Shown one piece after another: positions 24,867 to 37,810 of a stretch of DNA of 64,000 nucleotides. Both the position numbers and the translations under genes were made by a program. How positions within the stretch are numbered: position 1 is the first letter of the stretch; every line of letters begins with the position of its first letter. This DNA comes from Octopus sinensis (taxonomy: Eukaryota), in the NCBI RefSeq assembly GCF_006345805.1, contig NC_043002.1, forward strand, positions 101,060,001 to 101,124,000, read 5' to 3'. The notes below the pieces were generated by a model. That model saw only the letters and a program-made list of their open reading frames with translations. It made no database searches and was not told the DNA's origin.

Positions 24867-25195
24867 GTAAGTTGACTAAGATAACTTTTTGCTTCCTCTC
24901 TTCACTACATGTTTTAAAACAGCATGACACCAAGAAACGTTTGTATTTGCATTCTTTTAAATGTGATAGGCCTTGTTTGGTAAGAGTTCATTACTGATCA
25001 TCAACCAGGGTTAACTGTGAGGCTCCAACACACAGACGGTTATATCAACCCCAGATTCTCGGTTTATTCAATTTGATTGACGAAAGGCAATGTCCAACAC
25101 AGAAGGGTTTGAGCTTAGTACGTAAAGAAAGTTAGCTAAATATGACAAAGCATTTTGGTAGGCGCACTAACGACTCTGGTGAGTTGGTAGACTAT

Positions 25196-25428
25196 AAGGC
25201 GGCGAGCTGGCAGAATCGTTAGCACGCCGGGCGAAATGCGTAGCCGTATTTCGTCTGCCGTTACGTTCTGGGTTTAAATTCCGCCGAAGTCGACTTTGCC
25301 TTTCATCCTTTCGGGGTCGATAAATTAAGTACCAGTTACGCACTGGGGTCGATATAATCGACTTAACCCGTTCGTCTGTCCTTGTTTGTCCCCTCTGTGT
25401 TTAGCCCCTTGTGGGTAGTAAAGAAATA
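25196..25428 (+). mobile_element. Full-length tailed tRNA-derived SINE
   Basis: A box TGGCAGAATCG, B-box-like gggtttaaattc, core gtcgactttgcctttcatcctttcggggtcgataaattaagtaccag, tail gtgtttagccccttgtgggtagtaaagaaata. Confidence 0.9.
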
Positions 25429-25994
25429 TATTTAGCAGGCCGAAGAAAATGTTTGGGTGCATTTCGTCCGGATTCTAAATTTAAATCTCGCTAAATTCAA
25501 TTTTATTTTTCATCCCTTAGTCGTCGAAATTTAAGGTGCCAGTCAAATATCGAAGTCGATGAAATATACTAGTTCCCTCTCCTCAAAAATTGCTGACATA
25601 AAAACCTTTGGCGGATAGATCTCCCGTTCACAGAGAAATTGGTTAAACGCCATGGAAGCTGGGTAACCAGTGTTATGAATCCTAGGGTTAAAAACGAATA
25701 GATAAGTTATTCCCATACGAGTTTCATCCCTAATGTAGCAATCATATCAGTATGAATATCGTCGGCGGCTAAAACATTTTTTGCTGCAACTCAATAACAT
25801 CACGATGCTAAATTTAATCCATTTTCAGAATTGGCAACTAATTACTTTTCAAGTCTTTTTTGAACGATCAGATGTCAGTTTATTTGCAAAGAAGACCCAA
25901 AAAACAATGGAGTTAGTAATACAGAGTTAAAAGTTAAGCATGATATATTTTACAGCCCCAGTATTATTCTAAAACTTCTCGGCCCATCATTGTA

Positions 25995-28835
25995 TTGTTT
26001 ATTTTTATTTATTTTTTATTTATTTTATTTTATCCAGTTTCAGCTCACAAGCTGTGGCCATGCTGGGGCACCGCCATTTGGTGCTGCTACATGATTTTAC
26101 TTCACGAATGCTTTTTAGCAATTGCCATTTGGTGCATGAGAGAGTTCGATGCAGCTGCCCTCATCTGCACCTCCTGCCGTGAAGTAGGTTCATCTGGGAC
26201 ACCTGAAAAGAAGAGATCCAGTTTTATTTTAAAGACATCTGCATCCACCCCATGCAGGTCTCATAGGTTCTTCGGGAGGATATTGAAGAGCTGTGGGCTT
26301 CGGAAGCCCTGGCTATCACAGTATCTTGTCCTACATCTTGATGGCAAATTTGGAGTCATTGGCACTATGCAGTGGCGCCCAGTTCTGGCATTTGTGTAAC
26401 TCTCGATGCCAAAGTTTGGGACAAGTCCTTCTAGGATCTTCCAGATGTATATTATGGCATATCTTTCTCGCCTACGCTCTAAGGATTAGAGTCTCAATCT
26501 CTTGAGTCTTTCCCAATAGCTTATATGCTGTTCAGAGGCTATCTTCGTGTAGCTTCGTTGGATCGCCTCAAGTTCTGTGATTAACTTGACACTGGATGGT
26601 GACCATAGCTGAGAGCAATAGTCAAAGTGGCTTAGGACAGGTGTCCTCCAGAGGACCATCATGGTTTCCTGGTCTATTGTTCTAAAGGTTCTAAGAATCC
26701 ATCCGATCAGCCGCCTACATTTCATTGCCAATTTAGCAACATGCACATGAAAGGTTGCATCATCACTCATGTAAATACCCAGGTCTCGCACTGATTGTGC
26801 CTCTGGGATTGCAATCCCTCCAGGTCCAGTGTATTTATTGGGTATTGCATTTAGTTTTGCATGCTGATAGCATAAAGCTTGAAACTTTCAGCATTGAACT
26901 GCATGCTATTCTTTTCAGCCCACCTGTATATTTTGTCCAGCTCACATTGCAGGTGCTTAGTGTCTTCAGGGTTCTGTATTGCCTGTGAAACTTTTGTATC
27001 ATCTGCATAACTGGTGATTGTGGCTATCTGCGTGGCTGAGAGCATGTCTGAGAGGGCCATTATGAACAGTAGTAGTCCCAAAACAGTGCCTTGCGGAACA
27101 CCGCTCACTATTTGCGTGTTAATGGAAGTGGCATCATTGGCTACTACCACCTGACTTCTATCCTTCAGAAAGTCATGAAGCCATTCTCCCAATTTTCCAA
27201 CTATGCCAAGATCACGCAGTTTGTGACATATCATTCCATGATTGACTTTATCAAAGGCCTTTGCAAAGTCGAGATATATGACTTCCACATTTGAGTGGTT
27301 GAGCAGTCGTTTCAGCACCCAGTCATAGTGTTGTAAGAGCTGAGTTAAGCAGCTTCTTCCTGGTCGGAAACCATGTTGGGTGTCAGGCAGCAAGTCATTT
27401 TCTTCAAGGAAGGTGATTAGTTTCCTTCTGACTATTCGTTCCATGACCTTGCTGATGTGTGAGGTCAGAGAGATAGGTCTGTAGTTCTTGGCCTCCGCTC
27501 TGCTACCTCCTTTACGAATAGGGCATATTTTACCTTCCTTCAGTTTTCTTGGAAGTTTGCCAGTTGCAAGGAAGCTCTGAAAGAGGAACTGCAGTGGTCT
27601 TGCTAGGACTCTCTTACATACTTTTTGAAGGATTGCTGGGAATCCATCGGGGCCAGTAGCTGAGTTTGTTTTCATTTCATCAATAGCCTTTATTACATCG
27701 TCTTCCTTTATATTGATGTAATCAATCATCGCTGCCTCTGCTTTTATATCTGCAGTGGTAAAGAAGTCAGTTGGATTGCTGACTTGAAAATGCCCTAGGG
27801 ATGGAGGGAAAATACTCTTGAATTGCTCATATGGTATTTCACTTACCCTCATTGGATTTCCTGTGAGTGTGCCATCCTTTTCAAGGAGTGGCCCTATCCT
27901 ACAGTGCACCGTAGCTGTTACTTTGGCATACCTGTAGAAAGCTCTGGGGTTAGATTTTATGTTGTCTATAGCCCAGGCTTCTTTGTCTGGTCTTTCTTTT
28001 TCATGGGAGAGTTGCAGACATTTTTCAATTTCCAATAGTTTTATTTTCAGGCGGGACTTTTCACTGTTTTCAATTTGTTTGTTTAGGCGATTTGAAACTT
28101 TTGTACGCTGTCTCATTAGAATTTTCCTCTCTCTGGGGATTTTGCTTTTGTGTACAGTAGCCTTTCTCTCTGGGACACATTTGTAGCATAAAGCTTGCAT
28201 TACAGACATGAATTGTTGAAGTTTCATGTCGATGTCTGGCGAGGAGAAACATTCAGGCCAGTTTTGTTTGAGGATCTCTTTCTCAATTTGTTTCCAGTTT
28301 GCCTTATGGAAGTTCAAGCTGGAAAGATTCTGAGAGTTTCTTGTAGGCTGCATGTCCATGCTTTCCTTTGGCCCGTACATGGTCAGCTCTACCATGTTGT
28401 GATCCGAGAGTAGTGTCGGTGTAACTTTCACATTATGGATAAGATCCATATTATTTGTGAAGCAGAGATCCAGTATGTTACCTGCCCTGGTTGGTTGGAG
28501 TATTACTTGCTCCATGTACAGAGTGTTGATGAGGTTCAGGAGGGACCTCGCCTGTCCTCGTTCACATCGTGTCATTCCTGGGAGAGAAAGGCCCTCGGAC
28601 CATCTGACATTGGGTAGTTTGAAGTCTCCCATAAGAAATACACTTATGTGTTGTTCTTATGTGACTAGAACTTCTATTTTTATAAGGCAGTCTTCAAACT
28701 TGCCTATATGGCTGGGGGCATCTGGAGGGCGATATGTAGCACACACAACTACACCAAGTTGCCTTATATATACAATTAGTGTGTCACACACCGAATTTGA
28801 GTATGATAAAAGGACCTGGGGTATATGTACATATC
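25995..28835 (-). mobile_element. 5'-truncated CR1/L2/Jockey-group LINE, antisense in gene A intron 3
   Basis: APE end (YRPP at ~28735, MGDF, SDHN), RT, C-terminal HFDYCSQLWSP, and an (AAAT)n-like tail at ~25998-26033. Confidence 0.9.
26851..28632 (-). CDS. LINE ORF2 segment (APE C-terminus + RT), 593 aa open
   Basis: KNYRPISLTSHISKVMER, QHGFRPGRSC, YLDFAKAFDKV, GVPQGTVLG, YADDTK. Confidence 0.88.
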   Translation of the reverse strand: MGDFKLPNVRWSEGLSLPGMTRCERGQARSLLNLINTLYMEQVILQPTRAGNILDLCFTNNMDLIHNVKVTPTLLSDHNMVELTMYGPKESMDMQPTRNSQNLSSLNFHKANWKQIEKEILKQNWPECFSSPDIDMKLQQFMSVMQALCYKCVPERKATVHKSKIPRERKILMRQRTKVSNRLNKQIENSEKSRLKIKLLEIEKCLQLSHEKERPDKEAWAIDNIKSNPRAFYRYAKVTATVHCRIGPLLEKDGTLTGNPMRVSEIPYEQFKSIFPPSLGHFQVSNPTDFFTTADIKAEAAMIDYINIKEDDVIKAIDEMKTNSATGPDGFPAILQKVCKRVLARPLQFLFQSFLATGKLPRKLKEGKICPIRKGGSRAEAKNYRPISLTSHISKVMERIVRRKLITFLEENDLLPDTQHGFRPGRSCLTQLLQHYDWVLKRLLNHSNVEVIYLDFAKAFDKVNHGMICHKLRDLGIVGKLGEWLHDFLKDRSQVVVANDATSINTQIVSGVPQGTVLGLLLFIMALSDMLSATQIATITSYADDTKVSQAIQNPEDTKHLQCELDKIYRWAEKNSMQFNAESFKLYAISMQN

Positions 28836-28948
28836 TCGAGCTTTAAAGTTTGTTTTCACATAACTGAAATTAATTGCATAATATGAAAATTTAGATTAGT
28901 GATTTAAAAAATTAATGGCTTGATTATATCTCAGAAGTGTCACCTCCG

Positions 28949-29019
<71 letters not shown>

Positions 29020-29041
29020 TGTGTTTTCTTATCAACAAAAG

Positions 29042-29184
29042 CGTGTCTGAAAGAAGATGGCACGTGTGTTGGAAAAGGTACAACCTGGACGACCATGAAA
29101 GGCGGAAAATGCTGGCATTATGAGTGCATAATTTCACCACTTAACCAAGTCCAAATTTCATCAAAACAAGTTGGAAAGTGTTAA
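29042..29184 (+). CDS. Gene A exon 4: Cys module 2 and stop
   Basis: ttttcttatcaacaaaag|CG. Encodes (S)CLKEDGTCVGKGTTWTTMKGGKCWHYECIISPLNQVQISSKQVGKC*, TAA at 29182-29184, donor GTAAGT at 29190. Spliced protein is 116 aa. Confidence 0.88.
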
Positions 29185-29417
29185 GAAAGGTAAGTATATA
29201 TTTTAAGCTATTTAATTTAGCTTATGTGCATTTTCTCCATATCGCTGTTGTGTTATCCTTGTAACAGCCGTCTTCTTCCCTTCTACCTCTAATTCCAGTT
29301 AGCTTTCATTCAAATGTGAAAAGACAGTTGTAATCTTTTCCAGTTAAATGTTTCAAGTGACAAACCATAGAAATCCATTCTTTGTTTTAAGTTTTAATGT
29401 ATCTGTTTCTTTTTCAG

Positions 29418-29640
29418 GGCAGTCTATGACGGACTGCTCTCTATTTCTTAAGTAGCGCAGAAATACAATTGAAAGTCTTTTATCTATAACATGTTTCATA
29501 GTTTACATGATTGCGGCCATCTTGAATAGTTTAGTTGAACAAATAGACGCCAGTACTGTACTTATAAATTTTAAGTGTAGTTCTTAGTCTACCGGTGTGA
29601 GTGTGTCAGACCACTAAGACCTAAATAAATTGACATCGAT
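29418..29640 (+). other. Gene A exon 5 (3' UTR); 3' end approximate
   Basis: Acceptor ctgtttctttttcag at 29417; the 228-nt intron is conserved with gene B; AATAAA at 29624-29629. Confidence 0.6.
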
Positions 29641-29672
29641 CGACAAGTGTCGGAAGTGAGAAATACAGACAC

Positions 29673-30075
29673 CAGGAGTGGCTGTGTGGTAAGTAGCTTG
29701 TTTACCAACCACATGGTTCCGGGTTCAGTCGCACTGCGTGGCACCTTGGGCAAGTGTCTTCTACTATAGCCTCGGGTCGACCAAAGCCTTGTGAGTGGAT
29801 TTGGTAGACGGAAACTGAAAGAAGCCCGCCGTATATATGTATATATATATATATGTGTGTGTATGTATGTGTGTCTGTGTTTGTCCCCCTAGCATTGCTT
29901 GACAACCGATGCTAGTGTGTTTACGTCGCCGTCACTTAGCGGTTCGGCAAAAGAAACAGATAGAATAAGTACTGGGCTTACAAAGAATAAGTCCTGGGGT
30001 CGATTTGCTCGACTAAAGGCGGTGCTCCAGCATGGCCGCCGTCAAGTGACTGAAACAAGTAAAAGATTAAAAAGA
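29673..30075 (+). mobile_element. tRNA-derived SINE with internal (TA/TG)n (fourth family); second copy at 47510-47935
   Basis: Head ggagtggctgtgtggtaagtagcttg...ggttcagtc; 3' part gcggttcggcaaaaga...gactgaaacaagtaaaaga is shared with 47790-47935. Confidence 0.82.
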
Positions 30076-30084
30076 GTATATACA

Positions 30085-31450
30085 TACTAGCAAACGCACC
30101 CGTCCTTCAGACGGTTTAAGTTGCTTTCGTAGTATTTTCTTCTCCAAATAATTGAACTACCGAGAAGGCTTATGTGTAGCACGGTAATCTGTTTCCGATT
30201 AACCTAGGAACGGAAAATCAAATTGAAGGCTGGTTATTGTGGAGGTAGTTGCACTTTTAATGATCACAGAACATAGAAGTTTGCAAGCCATGTAAAGTAG
30301 AGCTACTGAAGTGTTTTGGGAGTAGATTACAGATAATGACTACAAAATATAGTTGTTTTACATGAAATCAAAATTTCTTGCCAGAAACAGCCACATAAAT
30401 GGTGTAAGGAAATTGAAGGAAAATGTTGAAACTTCCCCTCTGCGAGTTTATTTTTTTCAACAGCAATGGGGGCTATTTTTTTCGGAGGGAAAATCTAACA
30501 AAAGCCCCTATATTCTATCTTCCCACATAGCATGCACATAAACTAACAACGAATGCTGCATAAAGTTAATTGGTATGGAGCTTCCTGAAAGATACGTATA
30601 GCTTTCGCTGGTGGAAGCAAAACTTTTATTTAAAGGTTGATTCTTTGGAACGAACCATATGTGAGTGTTTAAAAAAAGTTTGGTATTGGATATTCCTCAC
30701 GTATAGTTTTCCTAGTCAACTGAATCACCGTCGTAAGTGGACAGCAGAAATAAATAGACAAAATCCCTTCACTTTTATAAAAAGATTGGTCACCGGCAGC
30801 TTGCATGAGCTTGCTAGCGCTTTGGCTTAATAAGTTTATGCAGCCGTGAAAAAAATCGATAATGCTTTTGCAGCAAAGTTGCTGCTCACACCGATGACGT
30901 CATTTGAAGCGTTACGTGCTAGGAAACATTCAACATTCTTGTTTAATTTTCAAGCTTTTTCGACCTTAAAAGCAAAATTTCGCGTCGACTAAAAATGTGC
31001 ATTATAGCCCTTCTCAAGTGCTACATACAGATGTAATTTTATTTCCTGAAAAGGCTTACAATGTGATCAGAAAAAATTTAAAAGTAAACGAGGGCAAAAA
31101 GCATTCGTATTTCACAATGAAAAATGTATGCTTAGTAGCCGGAATTTTGCGACAAAATGCATGATTATAAAGCACAACAGCCTAAAGTGCATGCTGTTGG
31201 GCGTTAGATGCCAATCGCGCCAATCTGGAGGGGCTTAGAGCCCCCTTGAATCGATAAAAAATCACTCTTCTCATCATAGCAACCGCATCTTTCCAGATGG
31301 CAAGTTTTAAGCTACTCAACTCTCTGCCTCATTACGCCTTCTATGCCTGTTTCAATTTTCAGCTCGATCCGACCAAACTGGTATGCCCACCAAACTCTGA
31401 CGTAGTAAAATGGGCACACAATTTTGACCCAAAGCCTCTGTTTTATATAT
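30085..31450. mobile_element. Possible non-autonomous Helitron-like element
   Basis: Starts actagcaaacgcacccgtc and ends ctgtttttatatatata, with internal small hairpins. Boundary motifs only. Confidence 0.3.
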
Positions 31451-31794
31451 ATATATTCAGATGAATATGCTAATTAAGTTGAGGCACCAGAATTGTGTAC
31501 GGTACTATCCATACAATTACAAAATAAGGTGATTAAAATCAAAATAAGCAACAAGGTTAACCAGAGGCAATGCTGTTCGATCGTTTCGTGCAACTCTATT
31601 TAATTGGACAATGCAATCATTATATCAATTTAAAATGTAGAGCAATCTTCAGCTGCACAAAGACATAGAACTTAATTAAATTAGAACAGATGGATACATT
31701 AGTATAATTATACCTAAAAATCTCTAAAAAGTTAAGGAGATAGACAAAGGGCATGTTGTAATTACAACAGCATAGCCGTAACTAAACATTTTCA

Positions 31795-33830
31795 AGAAGA
31801 CACTGCCTGTCACTGATTTTTTATGGGGTAATTCTTAATTTATAAACTAGTTTATCAAATCCCTTGTATATTTAAGGCTGAGAGAAACAAAGGGCAGTAT
31901 CCGATTAGGGTAGTGTTAAGGGAGTAAACAGACATTCTAGATGGTATAGTCATTAAACTCAAGATTTATTAGAAGCAATGTCATGAGGTTCAGTAAGGGA
32001 AAACTTAAAATAAGATGTTAGCTGATAATTAAGGAATGCCCTCTTGCAGACTATTGATAATGAAACAGAGGATAAACTTCTGGAAAGCTTTACAGATTTA
32101 TAGAGTTCCACTGATGGACTTGATCTGTAGTCTTCGAATTAGCTTTCTACTTTCTGGTTTTGAGAAGCCTGATTCTTCAAGATTGGTAAATAAGTGGTGC
32201 GTTACATATCCCAGGGCCCTAATACTTATAGGTATAAACCTGAACTTGTAATCTGGTTAGAGTAACTGCAGATATCTCAATAGTTCAGCATAGGTGTTCT
32301 CTTTTTCACTGTTTTCATGGTGTTCTCTTGTTCTCTTTCGTGCTTACATTTTATTGAGGTCTTCACTGGTACATTCCCCCAGTATTCCTTTCTATTATGA
32401 GTGGCAATGGCTTCTACCGTATTGCGGGTTCTTGTTTGTTTATCCTCTAGATTATCCTCCCGACAGATTTCATTACAGAGTGTCCTAGCTACATCACCAT
32501 GTCTCAACGGTAGATAATACCCTGATGACATTTTCGGGCAACTGCTTTTGATGTGGGTGATACCTTCAATGTGAACCTCACAAAGTCTGCATCGGTTGTC
32601 ACATTTTATGGTTTTTCCTGCATCGGTATCCATTTTGTGCATCAGGTACTTGGTTGATATTTCCTGTTCCTGGATTGCTATCTCATATCCTTCAAAGTGG
32701 GAGGTAGTAATCCGGGTACTGGTCAATGATAAACTGCTTTGATGATCGATATTACTATTATCACGAAACCGTCTAACAGCATATCCATGCATAGTCTTCC
32801 GCTCATATAGTCTCATCCTTTCATTTCATGATACGTTGCGGTAGAGTCATGCAACGTCTTTGAGCTTGTATTTTACGTTACCAGACAAAGAGTGTTGCTC
32901 AAGGAGCTGCCTTCCAAGTCTTATGGTGTTATCAGCCTCATTTACGGAAACTTGGTCAAGGGAAGCACTTCGAAACTTGGGGATTAAAAATGTTGCCGAA
33001 GGGATATGATGCGACATTCAAAGGCATTTTAGATCGATGTTAAGCCTCTGCCGCATTGTTTTCGTTTTAGGTAGGGGCGGTCTACGTTACTGTTTACGTG
33101 GAAATTATGCGAGCTTGTTATTATTTTCTAGGTTTTCACATCAATGGCTCGGATCTTATCAAGCAGCCCAAATGTTGGTATGTGTACTGGCACTGCAAAC
33201 ATATTGTGGGTCGCTGTTTTATTGAAAGCAGAGAGTTCTGAACTCCAAACTTTCTTTATTCCGCTGTAATATTCTTTAATGATACGTGTTTTGTTACAGG
33301 TGCCATGGTAAATTAGATTTCCATCTATCCCTAGACACCTGTAACATTCCTTGTCAGATACAAGGTAAACAGTTAAATCATTATCGGAGATGTTACTGGT
33401 CTGGTTTATAGTTTTCCCCCTTTTCACAATCATATATCAGCATTTATCCTCACCAAACTCCAACCCTACATCATTTGAGAATGCTGTAATTAGCTCAAGT
33501 CTCTTTTACATCTCATGCATATTCTTTGCATTGAGTTTTTAGTCATCCACCAAGAGACAGTGTGTAATTTTTTTGTATTTCTGTTTCCTTGTGAATCAGT
33601 GAAACACCCTTTCTTAACATGAATGACAATGGGTTTACAGGAAGTATAAAAAACATTACAGAGAATCTGTCCACTTGGAATACGCCTTTCCGATACTGTA
33701 TTATATCGGTGATAATACAATCACTCTTTCTCTTTAATTTCAAGATGGTAGTCCACGATGAAGTCAGGTTAGCTATGGCTTTGATTATTCTCACTGGAAC
33801 TTTAACAAGTTGAAGGTCTTCTAGCGTCCA
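31795..33830 (-). mobile_element. Degenerate R4-like LINE 3' half (RT end, CCHC, RLE, 3' UTR)
   Basis: CDNRCRLCEVHIEGITHIKSSC..YYLPLRH, PDYKFRFIPISIRALGYV, SSELSAFNK; 3' UTR 31795-32060. Confidence 0.85.
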
Positions 33831-33859
33831 TGAATGGGAAACAGAGTCAAATCATTATG

Positions 33860-33890
<31 letters not shown>

Positions 33891-34574
33891 CTTTGTATGT
33901 ATGTATGCATGTATGAATGTATGTGTGTATATTTATGCCTATTTTGTTAATGCCTTGTATAAATGTTTGTATATTTAATTACATACGTATAAAGTAGTCA
34001 AAGTGAGAATGTTATAGTATTTGTCTATATTTTAATATATATATATATATATACTTCGTGCTGTCATCGAAATTACACTGCACTTGAGATCTCAACAACT
34101 GGCAATTAAATTCATCGACGTTATCATAACTATATCGTTTAATGGCTGTAAATTTGTAAAGATTTAAATGCTGTTATAGTAAGAAAGATAATTAACAACG
34201 CTAGCCAATTTTATTTGGTAATATTTGTTTTCGCTCTATATAAATAATTATTTTATATAACTTATATTTTTATAGAAAGTGAGACTCACCAGTCTAGAAC
34301 CGAAAACGAAATCGAAACCGATGCCAGAATCAATTTGCAACAAACCGATGACGAAGGAGATAATCCTTATACCGGGCCAAGCTTTAACCTTTCTCTCTTA
34401 TAATTCTCACAGAAACACGTGTAATAAATAATACAATAAACTCATTTCACAGCCAACTGTGCTATTTCTTTTTCTTGGATTTTTCCTATGGATACACTGT
34501 GATCTTTAAGATTGTTAGAAACCATTAGGAGGAAAATCTGATTCAGTCCTTATTAAGGGAAATCGTTAATACGG

Positions 34575-34850
34575 TTGTCATAGACTGCCGGTCACTGATT
34601 TTTTTTTGTTTTTATGGGGTCAATTTTAATATATAGACTAATTTACCAAATCACTTGTATATCCAAGGTTGACGGAACAGAGTGCAGTATCTGTTAGGGG
34701 TAGGGCTGAGGGATCAGATAGAAATCATAGTTGGTATAGTCATAAAAATCAAGATTTATTAGAAGCAATATCATGAGAAAACTTAAAACAAGATGTTAGC
34801 TTAAAATTAAAGCGGTCGCCCAATAGCAGATCATTGATAATGAAACAAGG
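34575..34850 (-). mobile_element. Second copy of the same LINE 3' UTR
   Basis: Aligns with 31797-32070 (actgcc.gtcactgatttt...caagatttattagaagcaat...ttgataatgaaaca). Confidence 0.75.
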
Positions 34851-36044
34851 GAAGTTTTATCATTTAGTACTATAGTTAAATATTTTAAACAATGTTGCTA
34901 TATTGTATACGGTTAAAGTTTAGGGTTATTCAGAGGATTATTAAAAAGAATATTATGACAAAAGTACAGAAATTTATGAATACTTTTGAGTATATACCAA
35001 ACTTTTACCACAATAGAGGGAGGAAAAGAAATTATCTAGAAATAGTTTAATATTTATACATATTGTACACTTAAATACTAACTCATTAGATGCTATCTGT
35101 GAATATTAATTGGTATATACTGGTATTAATAAAGGAATATTGAGATAAAGGATCATGCTAATTATATATTTATAAAATTATAATCTAAGCAGTTTTTTTT
35201 TATAATAGTGAATATACCAGTATAGTTTTATATAAGCTAAATATGAATGTATAGAGATACAAAAATTAGATTAATTTTATAAATAAATAAAGGCTAATTA
35301 TGAAATAATAAAGAAATAAAATGAAATAATCAAGTAGGGAAGAACACCATAGAAAAGGAATAAAATAGCTTAATTATTAATACTATGGTAAAATATATGT
35401 AGCTTATTAACACCAATAGAGAAGATTTATAGAAAAAGCATAATAATTCAAAATATATTAAACTAAAAAATATATATTTACATATTTAGCTAATATCAAT
35501 AAAAGACTGATGTCTGGTATCAGCTAAAGGAATATTTAAGTTATTGAACAATCATATGTTACACTAATCTTAAAAAAAAAAACTAAGGGTTATATTATAG
35601 ATTTAAGAAGTTATTATTGTTACTCCCTACATGATATCCATAGTTTCTTAGTAGTACTCGTTTAGAAGAGTCATTTATATAAAGGCCCTTATAAATACTA
35701 AGATCAGGAGGGAAGAGCCATTTAAGAAAGAGATAAATAAAGTAATTTCTAAAGATCATTTCAAGCAATATTGTCTTATTGTATAAAGTTAAAATTTAGA
35801 AGATTATTAAGAATGAAATTTTAACAAAAGGATAAAACTTCTTCGAATATTTTGAATGTATACCAAATATTTAGCACAATAGAGGGAGGAAAAGAAAATT
35901 GCAAAGAAATAGATTAATATTTATTTACTTATTACTTATCTAAATATTAATTTATTACATGGTTTCTATGGAGATTGATCAATTGGATTTAACTGGTATT
36001 TAATAAGGGAGCAACTGAGGTTAAAGAATGTGTTAACTAAATAC

Positions 36045-37465
36045 TGATTTAATGAAATTAAACAGGATCGAAACGATCAATGCTTTAGCCATACCAGTCG
36101 TGACTAACAGTTTCAATATCGTTTACTGGTCAATTACTGAAATATGTAATCTTGACAGAAAAATACGAAAACTGTTGGCAATGCATAGAATGCACCACCC
36201 TAACGCAGATATAGAACGACTTTATCTGTCAAGAAAAGTGGGAGGCCGTGGACTTTTACAACTGGCAATAACAATGACAATTGCTACAATTGGCCTAGAC
36301 ACCTACCTGAAAAACCCTGAGGACTGGATGTTAAAACTTGTCTCAAAACATGAAAACAAGAAAGCATCATACTCAGTAACAAAACAGGCAAAGGAATATC
36401 TAAGTGAATTCCGAATACAATAAGTTTCGGAATTAGACATACAAGAAACAAGCACAGAAAAAGCTAAGCGCATGAAAACCCGTGCTAAAACTGCTGCCTT
36501 AGATATTCTGAATGATAAATGGCAAGAAAAACCTCTCAATGAGAGCGAATAATGCAGATGTTGACAAATGCCTTACCCATCAATGGCTAATGGCCTCTGG
36601 CGTAAAATCTGAAACAGAAGTGTTTATCATAGCAGTCCAAGATCAATGCCTACCTACAAGCAACTACCAGGCCAACATATTATAGACCGGCAGTAGCCCA
36701 ACATGTCGTGTATGTCAAGAACAAAATGAAACCATTGATCATGTTGTCTCCAAGTGCAATCTTCTTGCGCCTACAGAGTATCTCAACAGGCATGATAGAG
36801 CTGCACAATATATTCACTGGGTAAGTTGCAAAAGCCTGGACTTGCCTCATGATAAAAACTGGTGGGGACGCAAACCACCTCTAGTGCTTGAAAATGACCA
36901 CATCTCACTCCTCTGGAACTTCACTATTCAAACTGACAGAAGGATAGATGCGAATAGGTCAGAATTCATAGTAAAAGACTTCAGACAAAAAAAAAAACAT
37001 GCCTCCTCATTGATATGACTGTCCCAATCGATATAAACGTATCTGTCAAGACCTACCAAAAACTGAGCAAATATAAAGATCTTGAAATAGAAATCAGCAA
37101 AATGTGGAACCTGAAGACTAAAACAATACCTGTTGTCATAGGTGCCCTGGGAATGGTAGCAAAAGGGGCTGATCGCTACCTAACTCAGATACCGGGAAAC
37201 CCCAAAATGGCGGAAATTCAAAAGATAGTGCTCATGGGAACTATTCATATCCTACGCAAAATACTTTCTATGTAATCTCAAGTTTTAAAAGAAACATAAT
37301 TTTCGTATGGCTTTTTAGACATTCACTATTACAACACTGAGAACAAAACCAAATATATGGCACCCTAGGCATAACACCAACACGAACATCCAACTTGTTG
37401 TCTCTTGAGGTCTCTGGGTGAGACTTGGAGACAGCTTGTGCTAATGTAATGCAAAAGTCAAACAT
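36045..37465 (+). mobile_element. 5'-truncated R4/Dong-like LINE ending at an (AAT)n tract
   Basis: NRIETINALAIPV, RKVGGRGLLQL, CRVCQEQNETIDHVVS.C..YL.RHD, RLE C-terminus IPVVIGALG..VLMGTIHILRKILSM* (37275). Confidence 0.9.
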
Positions 37466-37469
37466 AGAA

Positions 37470-37480
37470 TAATAATAATA

Positions 37481-37566
<86 letters not shown>

Positions 37567-37590
37567 TTAATAATAATAATAATAATAATG

Positions 37591-37666
<76 letters not shown>

Positions 37667-37689
37667 TGATGATGGTGATGATGATGATA

Positions 37690-37768
<79 letters not shown>

Positions 37769-37810
37769 CAATAATAATAATAATAATAATAATTATAATT
37801 ATAATAACAA
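37470..37810. repeat. Compound (AAT)n-(GAT)n-(AAT)n microsatellite
   Basis: Direct reading. Confidence 0.97.

Noticed and set aside
31795-36050. Possible NUMT in the AT-rich duplicated blocks
   Set aside because: No open frame under the invertebrate mitochondrial code; 31795-32060 and 34575-34850 are better explained as LINE 3' UTR.
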